A program made the position numbers and the translations under genes. The notes beneath the pieces were generated by a model. That model was not told the origin of the DNA. It was given only the letters and a program-made list of their open reading frames with translations, and did not search any database. Of a stretch of 20,000 nt of DNA, positions 12,501 to 20,000 are shown piece by piece (within the stretch, counting starts at the first letter, position 1; each line of letters begins with the position of its first letter). Location: assembly GCA_009602735.1 (NCBI GenBank), contig WELA01002374.1, positions 96,481 through 116,480 of the forward strand, in the 5' to 3' direction. The stretch comes from Mesotaenium endlicherianum (taxonomy: Eukaryota).

Positions 12501-14979
12501 TGTGTAGTGTGTGTATGTGTGCGCGCTTGCCTTCTGTAGATTTGCAGCATGGGGTGTGAAGGTAGCATTTCACCTCGGTTTTGTCTTCCACCCAAATATA
12601 GTCAAAAGGACAATTTCCCGACCTGCAAATCATTGTCGCTTGTTTTTGCACTTTGATATGCGCAGCGCTCATCTTTACGACCGGCATGCGCAGAAGTTTC
12701 TATCCGATTTATTTGCCTGCCTGTTGTTGCCACGTCCCTTGTGAGCGCTTCCTCTCTCTCTCTCCCAACTATTTGGTTCTGACCCCACCCAGTGGTTGCA
12801 ATTGCGCCAGGTGTTGCTTCGGGAGGAGCTCGCACACGCCGGCGAAGCGGGCGCAAGTGCACTGCTGTCACTGGACTGCCACCTGGCAAGTCTGCTCGCA
12901 GAGACAGACGAGCTGCTCCTGTGCGGCGCGCTCCTGCCGCCCGTCCCGCACATCATGCCCCCCGGACTGACAACAGGTGCCACCATCGCAGGCGGCACGA
13001 AGACTGGTGGCGCAGTAGATGGCTCGGAGAGGACGGCATTGGCTGCTGGGGTAGCAGCAGCGCGTGCGACATCTTTGGAGAAGGAGCTGGAGGGCGGGGG
13101 AGAGAGTTTGCCTGCGGCGGCGGAGAGCGAGATAAGCGTGAGGTTTTGGAGGGTGGCTGCGTGCTGGGAGCTCGTTTCGCGCTTCCTGGTGAGTTGTGCG
13201 TGATGGAGAGAGAGGGAGAGTGGGAGAGAGGGTGGTGAAGGGAGAGGGCAACGTTGCTTGCTGAGACTGCTGGAGTGAGAGGCCCTTAGTCGGTTTTGTT
13301 GGGATTTTTACGTGCTTGGCTCGTCTCTCTTGGCTGTGGTGGCGGAAGCTTTTCTTGCTTGCCAACCACACTTGTGCATGGGTTTTGCGTCGTGCTGCGG
13401 TTGACTTGCCGTTTGTTAAAACTCAGGTGCGCTCTAGTTTTGACGGCTCTTCTTTGTCTTTGTCAATCTCTACAAGGCCTGCGGTTGCTTCGAGTCCACT
13501 TAGGTTCTGTTGCAGTCATACATTCTGTATTTCTCTCACTTTGACGCGAGGTAAGCACGTAAAGATGCCGTCACATTCATGTATCTCTTACTCTCTCTCT
13601 CTCTCTGTATGTGTGTGTGTGTGTGTTTGCGTGCATGTGCTTTGCACAAGCGTAACAGGGCTACACATGTACAAAAAACGTAAACAGACGTTGTTTGCCT
13701 CTACTTGGTCTGTTGTTGTCTGTCTCGATAGCTAGTGTTCATATAAATCTCCGAATACTTTCCTCATAACACTTCTTCTTTATGGGGGCCATCATGCATG
13801 CTGTTGCGGTTGAGGTGGCAATGCAGGGCTGGAAGTGGTGCTACAACGAGCTCATTGTGCGCCACCTGTGGGGGCGCCACCTGGCGGCCGGTTCCACCAC
13901 CGCCAGCATGACAGCTGTGCTCCGCCTGCTTGCCGTCCTCAGCAGGTGCAGCCTCACTCTCGGCTCCTGAATCTTCCTTGTTGCCTAAGTGTAGACCCTG
14001 ACTCCCCCCTATTGTTTCTTTTCTTTATTGCCATAACTAGCTAGAGTAACGCTTCTGCCTCCCTTGCGTCCTATTTCTGATCTGAAGTGGGTCATTGTCG
14101 CGCTCCCCATAAGAGCTGGACGTCAGAAGGAAGGGGATCTTCGGGGTTCAGGGGTTTGTCGGGGGGTGTCTGCTTCTGCTTCAGGGTTGTGCCTGGAACA
14201 AACAGGGAAGCGCATGGCGAATGTTAGAGGGAGAGAGAAGGCAGCTAGTGAAAGGCCAGAGAAGGCATGATCTGGCGGGAAGATAGTCTCACGGTGTAAG
14301 CATAGGGATAGGGGGGGGGGGGGGGGGGGAAAGTNAGAGAGACGGAGAGCGGGCGGACGCGTTATTTTGTCATGAGGCAAGGCTGCTCTTCCTGCGTTGC
14401 GTGGGGAGGCTCTCTGGCCACTGATGTCCATATCGGAGGGTGGGGAGGCGCTCCGGTCACTCTGATCTCCCGGGTTCCTTACCTCTGCAGTGGTCCTTGA
14501 GCTGCCTCGTGCCTGCAAGCGCTTGGGGCTGCCCCCTGCCCTACTGTTCTCTATTGTTTGGTGCCATTGCAGCACATGGTCTCTTCCTCCCTTCCTCCCT
14601 CCCTCCCTTTTTTCTCCCTCTCTCCCTCCCTCCCTTTTCTCTCCCTCCCTCCCTTCCTCTTTGGATTCCCCGGGAGCCTAAACAAGTTATTAATATGCTC
14701 TACTCTTGCAGGCTGGGGTACACTGTTGAAGGGCAGAGGCTCCCAGGCGTGGCGGGCATTTGCGAGCGCCTTGAGGCTATGGCCACCGCAGATTCTAATA
14801 TCCCTGAGCAAGACGTGCCCGACAGTACTGATGCTTGTGAGGACCGCCAGCTCGCCGCCATATCATCACCCTCACCCGTTTCCCCCGGCAGCTCCTGCCC
14901 ACCATTCTCGCGAGCAGTGCGCAACGTTGCTCGTGAAGCAGCGGCCGCGTTGAGAAACAAGGCGAGGAAAAATTCGTGA
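1482..14979 (+). CDS. Multi-exon gene, ~2,614 aa: ICE1 (little elongation complex subunit 1)/MEE22-EMB1611-like protein. Predicted exons 1482-1676, 3264-3387, 3901-4133, 4278-4373, 6012-12443, 12811-13188, 13827-13945, 14712-14979
   Basis: All eight exons join in phase (0,1,0,0,0,0,2) with AG acceptors and GT donors (one GC donor), 7845 nt in total, divisible by 3. The N-terminus CLQPFCQELAARLERSNTVRRELKLALRAMQ is followed by coiled coil. The C-terminus ISVRFWRVAACWELVSRFLGWKWCYNELIVRHLW...AVLRLLAVLSRLG resembles the recalled ICE1 and MEE22 C-terminal motifs. Extra exons could lie in the N gap. Confidence 0.7.
1590..1631 (+). repeat. (CAG)5-TACTTT-(CAG)7, polyglutamine tract in exon 1
   Basis: Read directly from the sequence. 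Confidence 0.95.
3264..3387 (+). CDS. Exon 2, coiled coil (LAARLERSNTVRRELKLALRAMQKKAAGDEVALASTSVLRE)
   Basis: Acceptor TGCTACAG at 3263. The phase-1 end GAAG|GCATGC (GC donor) is needed to join exon 3. Confidence 0.7.
3487..3562. repeat. (CT)n microsatellite, intron 2
   Basis: About 76 bp CT repeat with two interruptions. Confidence 0.95.
3901..4133 (+). CDS. Exon 3, coiled coil (HMREMERAAALEKRAAQLQEQLLAETRKRE...LARLRAE)
   Basis: Acceptor CATGCAG at 3900, donor GAG|GTAAAA at 4134, E/K/R/Q/L heptad-type sequence. Confidence 0.8.
4278..4373 (+). CDS. Exon 4 (AMSSHTKLTAATKAVGTACSVLRSFETFLAAQ)
   Basis: Acceptor TGACAG at 4277, strong donor CAG|GTAAGA at 4374, 96 nt, phase 0/0. Confidence 0.65.
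4483..4944. other. Assembly gap (462 N) within intron 4
   Basis: Run of N flanked by C-rich sequence. Confidence 1.
6012..12443 (+). CDS. Giant exon (~6.4 kb, 2144 codons), Gly/Ala/Glu/Ser/Arg-rich disordered region
   Basis: Stop-free frame of ORF 5901-12539. No AG dinucleotide from 5791 to 6003, then in-frame GAG (6005) and CAG (6011) acceptor candidates. Donor CAG|GTGCGT at 12444 just before a (GT)n intron tract. The exact 5' boundary is uncertain. Confidence 0.8.
7680..7738 (+). repeat. (GGCAGA/GGGAGA)n hexamer repeat encoding RG/RGG dipeptides
   Basis: Translates as GRGGGRGRGRGRGRGRGRG. Confidence 0.9.
12463..12521. repeat. (GT)n microsatellite at the start of intron 5
   Basis: Perfect from 12463 to 12487, degenerate after. 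Confidence 0.9.
12811..13188 (+). CDS. Exon 6 (VLLREELAHA...RFWRVAACWELVSRFL)
   Basis: Acceptor CGCCAG at 12810, donor CTG|GTGAGT at 13189, phase 0/0. Confidence 0.8.
13591..13626. repeat. Compound (CT)n-(GT)n microsatellite, intron 6
   Basis: Read directly from the sequence. Confidence 0.9.
13827..13945 (+). CDS. Exon 7 (GWKWCYNELIVRHLWGRHLAAGSTTASMTAVLRLLAVLS)
   Basis: Acceptor ATGCAG at 13826, donor CAG|GTGCAG at 13946 in phase 2, contains the WxW motif. Confidence 0.8.
14311..14329. repeat. Poly-G run (19 G), intron 7
   Basis: Read directly; an ambiguous base follows at 14335. Confidence 0.9.
14712..14979 (+). CDS. Terminal exon (RLGYTVEGQRLPGVAGICERLEAM...KARKNS*)
   Basis: Pyrimidine tract plus CTTGCAG acceptor at 14711, phase 2 matches exon 7, TGA at 14977-14979. 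Confidence 0.8.
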
Positions 14980-16750
14980 CCCCGCAAATCCGTCATTGAG
15001 AAGCTCGCATCCTTGAGCGCAGGAAGGTTGGGAGGTGCAGATAATCCGGTCCCTTGCCTTGGTAAAATGTAGGTCCACGGGGAAATATTCACATTGATGC
15101 ACAATGGACGTCTTCTTCTTACCAGATGTATCACTTTGTGTATCTTATGGTTGCCCTTATTTGATGGGAGTTGAGTTTTTGGCTTAAAAGTATATTGCAA
15201 CAACAGTATCTTTCAGCAACCCCCACTGGACACTTGATTGTAGCCACTATGAAGCATGTTGTCGCCCATGCGTGCTCCTTGTCTGGGGCACACTGTATTG
15301 TCTAGAGCTCCCATTAAGCAAGCAATGTGCAATTGTGTAGTGGGTCGGCTCGGAAAAGCTATGCAATACTTGCATGTAGTTTTTGTTCATGATCACACCT
15401 TTCGAGTACAAGATTGCATTGCAATGACTGTATTGATGCTCGACGGGAGTGCTTTAGGTGAAGTTGTCAATCACCTCTGGGTCCTTTGCAATAACGACGG
15501 ACAACTTAATGGCAATGACCAACGACTCACACTGTCAAATATGCTTTGTTTATGAGTGGCGCTGAACATTGAAGACTACTACATTTAGCTTGCATATGAG
15601 TTGGGATGAGCGTGCTCCTTCGATATATACATGACTGCAATGGCATGGGTAGGTCGGACGTTAGACAGGGATGTCAAGACTTTAGTCATTGTCAATTTGG
15701 CTTTGCAACCACGTGTGTATGCTGTTGGTGCTCACCTGCACGTTTTTTGGAGCCCAACTGCATATCCTACATCAACAAATGTACACAACATTCGGGCAAA
15801 GAAAGAAAGCTTGACCAGTAATGATCAGTATTCAAGCTTTGTTTAGCCCGTAGTCTTTTTCCTCTTGGCAACAGACTATACTACGTGCTCTTCGCCAGCG
15901 TGCTCTTGCATCTGCATGTTATGAAAACCGACAGAAAAGATCTGGAGTGGTTGAGAGGTGCAACCAATCAAACGTTATTTGGTTGGCAAGGAACCAGCCA
16001 CAGTTGTCTGTGTCCAAGTTATTATGTTCTGTATTTATATGGACACTTAGTTCTACGCTTCTTTGTCGAAAATACATTACATAGTAGTGCTTCCTTGCCA
16101 ATCCGCTAGCTTTCAAGTGATCACGCAAAGCGACACAAAACTCTTCGCATGTCACTCAGACCAGTAGTTAGGACATGCGCATCAATCACACATGCATACC
16201 AAAGCTTACAAATGGAGCTGACAACAATAATGTCACTACATTGGCCTTGACTTCCTCCAGGAACACATCATTTCACTGAGCTTGAAAGACATGACCCAAG
16301 TAAAGATACAGAACCAAAAGGAAACAACCCGTGCAAACGAGCTGCCTGAAGTGTCAACAACTGCACGTCGAGAGGCACCCGCGGAACACGCGCTCTAGCA
16401 CAAGGCTACCCTCACTAACAGTGAAACCTAGAGCTCTAAGGAAGCTCTGATTCCTGACCCAGCAGGGGCAGAAACACAACACCAATTGCAGCGCAAAAGT
16501 TTCATAACACACGCATGAGGTAAACAACAGCCAGGCAGAGGAAAAGAAGGGGGGCTCCATCCTCCACGTGGCAGGTCAAAACAAGCTCACATAAAATTCC
16601 TCTGCATGCCTCTTAATCTCCCTGCCAGACTGGACTGGTCTAGGCAATATAATATATGGCAAGCGCAGACTAGGGAAATCATGGGAGCAAAGAGGAGACG
16701 GCAGTTGACTGGTCAAAGTTGACACCATGATGACTCTAGGATGCAATTTC

Positions 16751-16836
16751 ATGCCATGCCATGCCATACCACACCATACGATGCCATGCCATGCGATAAC
16801 ATGCTACGACAAGCTCTTCATACCATGCCATGCCAT
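16751..16836. repeat. Degenerate (ATGCC)n pentanucleotide repeat, intergenic or 3'UTR
   Basis: ATGCC ATGCC ATGCC ATACC ACACC ATACG ATGCC ATGCC ATGCG... Confidence 0.85.
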
Positions 16837-17411
16837 CATCGCGCCTTCTGCAAAAGCATTCATGACAGCCTGCAGCTGGGTTTATCTTCTGTAATTGACA
16901 AGCACTACCAGTTGTTCTGCATGAGGACCTGCAGAACTTCCTGTTAAACCCTAAAAATAGGGCTGTACACGGCTACATGCTACATACACTGCAGTAAGCT
17001 TAAGGCATCTGTGACGTGTAGAGAGGGAAGGCTTGAGTATTCAACCAACGCAAACCCCCCAAACTTCTTCAATATCATGCCTGCATGAATGTTTTGTTTT
17101 TATTTAAACAAAGAATGAAGCGGAAGCTGGCCGGACTGACGTGGTCGAATTAAGCCAAAAAGTACCTGGGAACTCAAGGCTTTGCTAAAGGCACATGCTG
17201 TCAGTCATAATACTATGCAATAAGCCAGTATACCCCGCCCAAAAGTGATTGCGTTTGAAGTGAAAGATCTTTTTGCTCTGAGTGAAGAAAGTACCCGAGC
17301 ATCCCAACACCTTCATAAGTACTAGTCCTGAACACTTTAGCTCCTTATATCTCTGCCGAGACATGTCTATCACTAGTATCAACTTGCCAAAAAGTGATCT
17401 CTTCTTCTCCA

Positions 17412-17855
17412 TCAATGGAGTGTGGCTGCTCCTGAAGCATTCTGCCTGCAGTCCTTAAGCATGTTCAGGTAAAACTGACACTTCCCAACGTCGTCCTCGT
17501 TGGCAGTCACACAGTCTTGGAAGGCCTTTGTTTGATACACGCAAGCGTCTGCTGCAGAAGAAGCTGATGCAGGAGCAGCAGGAGCAGGATCTGCAGAAGC
17601 ATGCTCATGCTGCACGGTACGTGGCCCCATGACTGCATCGACAGCTCTATGAGCGACTGCACTACCTCCTCCGAACGCAAGTCCCTGTCCAATCATCCCC
17701 ATCATGCCTCCAAGCATGCCACCTCCACCTTGTTGAGTAGCTGGGGGAGCAGCATGCTGGACTGGAGCGGGAGGCGGGTTATGGTGAGTGGCTGCAGGCC
17801 TAGGAGCTGCACGAGGGGCAGGACGAGCGGGAGCAGCGCGACGCGAGCGGGCCAT
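17412..17855 (-). CDS. CHCHD2: Mitochondrial intermembrane-space twin CX9C protein, CHCHD2/CHCHD10/Mix17 (plant At12Cys) family, 147 aa
   Basis: Arg/Pro/Ala-rich N-terminus, family signature GQGLAFGGGSAVAHRAVDAVMGPR, C-terminal CVYQTKAFQDC...CQFYLNMLKDC (two CX9C motifs), uninterrupted ORF. Confidence 0.95.
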   Translation of the reverse strand: MARSRRAAPARPAPRAAPRPAATHHNPPPAPVQHAAPPATQQGGGGMLGGMMGMIGQGLAFGGGSAVAHRAVDAVMGPRTVQHEHASADPAPAAPASASSAADACVYQTKAFQDCVTANEDDVGKCQFYLNMLKDCRQNASGAATLH

Positions 17856-18738
17856 GGCTGTAAGCTGTAAAGAGTATTTTTGACGTTAGCAAGTTATGGA
17901 TGTGCCGTGTGTGACACTTGAGATGCTTCTTATGTGATCCTTATATTCTTTCTTCGTGACGTAACTTCTAGAACGACGCTTCACTTCGGGATGCCGGGCC
18001 AGACCAAACAGGCAGAGGTGGGGAGAGGGGGCAGATCTGTAGGCAGACGCAGGCAGATGTACTAAAGGGGTACAATTCTGATTTGATTCTGTTGTCGACG
18101 TCGTTCAACGCATTTATGGCTCTACGAAGGGCTATCCGACGTCGCCGTGTCGAACTCGCGTCCCATGTTATTATAATGGTGTCGTAACTGCGGCCTTTCT
18201 TCTTGCCGTTGTCATTGTTAGGAACTTTCGCTGGAGAGTCTCTGTGTACCTCACCCTTTTCCTGCTGCTTAATTTTCGTTATTTGCAATTACCTTCGTGC
18301 AGGTGATTATAGAAGACCTGCAAGAAATTCCATCTCCTACATGCAAGGCATTTACGTGACGTGTTATACTTCTTTTAGTTATACGCGTTAGGGATGTGTG
18401 AGGGCCCTCCTATTGTCAGAACCCTGCATTTACGAGCCAGCTTTATTAGCTCCAACTGGAGACTATCGGTCTCATCAATCGACTGAGTACAATGTCCCAG
18501 TCACGTTTGACACCTTAGTCAATCTTCAACGTATTAGGAGCTCGGCGGGATAGTCGAGAAATACCTGAGCCCCTTCCTTCTGTTCGAATTGATTCCTCTT
18601 CTTGTTCTCATCTTCTATACAAGCTTGTCAATTTCTCTGTCCTCGACGTCCTCCCTCACGTTCCAGGCTCTTCATTGTCATGTAGAGTGGTCTAAAGAGG
18701 AACGAGCAGAGCCCAAGCAGGAGGAATAGGAGGAGCAA
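17856..18738. promoter_or_regulatory. Shared divergent promoter/5'UTR region between CHCHD2-like and ITPK4-like genes
   Basis: The two start codons are separated by 883 bp. Contains TTACGTGACGTG (18352-18363) and AGGGCCCT (18401-18408). An acceptor-like TTTACAGCTTACAG precedes the CHCH ATG on the minus strand. Confidence 0.5.
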
Positions 18739-19414
18739 ATGGGAACTGAAAAGAAGGTGCTGACTGTGGGGTACTGCATGAAGCGCTCCCGGCAGCAGGA
18801 GTTTGTCCAGGTATGGACTCTTTAATGCATAAGAGCAGTTTCTTTTTGTGAAGCTTGCCTAGTTCTTCGCCGTTGCCTTTCTCTTTTCTTATCTGCGTCT
18901 ACATACTTCCGCTTCCCTTACCTTTCTTACTAAGCTTTACACAGTCAATAAAGTGGTAGTAGCTTGCTCTCTTTTTCTTGGTGCAAGTCCGTCTCACAAA
19001 TCATGACAACATAATCTTAACACTTGCATACGTGCTATTTACTCAAGTGCTTTTGTGCCTATGGTGCCATGTCTTATCTTTGCCTCCCACGCCGTTCTTT
19101 TGCAAGTGCGTCCCATGTGCCATCGTCACATGTCTACTTCCTGGCAATCCCACGTGTCTGCCTCATGGTGCTGCCACATGTGCGCAGCGCGGGGCATTTC
19201 CGTCCCAGCCAACCTCCAATGGCTTGCACTTTGTCCCCATTGATCTGGACGCGCCCCTGGAGCGCCAGCTGGCAAGCATCGACGTGCTCCTGCACAAAGC
19301 CACGGACGAGATTGTGAGTGTGAGCGGCGGCGGCGGCGGCCAGGTGGACGGCTCGTCTGACGGGTCCGGCGAACAACAGGTGGCATTTTCTCAGCGCATG
19401 CAGAAACTTTTCAG
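18739..19414 (+). CDS. ITPK4: Inositol-tetrakisphosphate 1-kinase / Ins(1,3,4)P3 5/6-kinase, ITPK4-type, 5' part only (exons 18739-18810 and 19188-19414); continues beyond the window
   Basis: Spliced product MGTEKKVLTVGYCMKRSRQQEFVQ|RGAFPSQPTSNGLHFVPIDLDAPLERQLASIDVLLHKATDEIV...FSQRMQKL matches the plant ITPK4 pattern (YxMKxSR, RGAFP, HKATDEI). Donors CAG|GTATGG at 18811 and AG|GTCAGA at 19415, acceptor GCGCAG at 19187. Confidence 0.9.
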
Positions 19415-20000
19415 GTCAGAGATTTTTTTGTGGTTCAGTTGTGGTTGGAAATCATACAAGTGCGCTCACTGATGAGGTGGCAGCACACTCGTATGCATGT
19501 GTACATACATGTGTATATATTTCCATGCAGCAGTAATCATGTACCGTTTGTACGCGCACACACATTTCCACAAATCCATGCGTATGCTTATAATATACAA
19601 GTAGCCTGTTTGCGTCAAGCATTCCTGGTACATAGCTGTCTGGAATAGCAATCACGTCACCGAAGTCTGTGATGAATAATGTGAGCTTAATATCCAACAA
19701 TGGAAGAAGGCAAAAGTACCACAAATTACAATACATGTGATGTACACATGGGCCCAGGCCAGGACACCAGCAGCTGGGCGGCCAGCTGGCGGTCCAGCCG
19801 GTAAGTTCGGGCACGCGCCATTCAGATGTCCCCCCACGCCCCACTCTCCCCTCCATTCGCTGTATGAAGGCGAAGGAGACATAAGAGTCAAATGTTTCAT
19901 GGGGAAGACTGGAAAACGTGATTCTTATTCTGGTCTTACCAATTGAGACTGTTGCCACGGATAAGCGTGGGGGGTGGTGTTAGGGGACGCACAGGGGGGG

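Noticed and set aside
5901..12539. Treating the 2212-aa ORF as a complete single-exon gene
   Set aside because: Its first ~37 codons lie in an AG-free intron 3' end and its tail (VRRVICMCVCVC) is a (GT)n intron tract; phase-compatible exons flank it on both sides
16946..16954. AAACCCTAA telobox or telomere-like motif
   Set aside because: Single copy, 3' of the CHCH gene rather than in a promoter; compatible with chance
14980..17411. Short ORFs in the convergent intergenic region as genes or transposon remnants
   Set aside because: No recognisable RT, transposase or other domain, and no coherent splice structure
18298..18322. TGCAGGT/ACCTGCA inverted repeat
   Set aside because: A 7-bp stem is expected by chance; no MITE hallmarks such as target-site duplication or long TIRs
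18978..19187. Hydrophobic N-terminus of ORF 18978-19472 as a signal peptide for ITPK
   Set aside because: Intron sequence; the real upstream exon is 18739-18810
19669..19760. GTGATGA C-box suggesting an intronic C/D snoRNA
   Set aside because: No downstream CTGA D-box at a suitable distance and no terminal stem
1..20000. tRNA, rRNA, CRISPR array, intact mobile element
   Set aside because: No cloverleaf, rRNA-like sequence, spaced direct repeats, LTRs or TIRs recognised by eye

Overview
Eukaryotic, intron-rich, GC-rich genomic DNA, most likely from a streptophyte green alga (inferred from plant-type ITPK4 and At12Cys-type genes plus algal-style introns; the species cannot be determined). There is a 462-nt assembly gap at 4483-4944. 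Most of the window is one large + strand gene (ATG 1482 to TGA 14979, at least 8 phase-compatible exons, about 2,614 aa). It has an N-terminal Cys-x-coiled-coil region, a single ~6.4-kb exon encoding a ~2,100-aa low-complexity disordered region, and a C-terminal helical domain. That domain resembles, from my recall of the sequences, both metazoan ICE1 (little elongation complex scaffold) and land-plant MEE22/EMB1611. Downstream are a minus-strand twin CX9C CHCHD2/MIX17-family gene (17412-17855) and, head-to-head with it, the first two exons of an ITPK4-type inositol phosphate kinase that appears to lack the N-terminal HAD-like domain. A further minus-strand gene probably starts at position 187. 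A palindromic 10-mer, GMCANNTGKC, is strongly over-represented in exons and introns regardless of reading frame.
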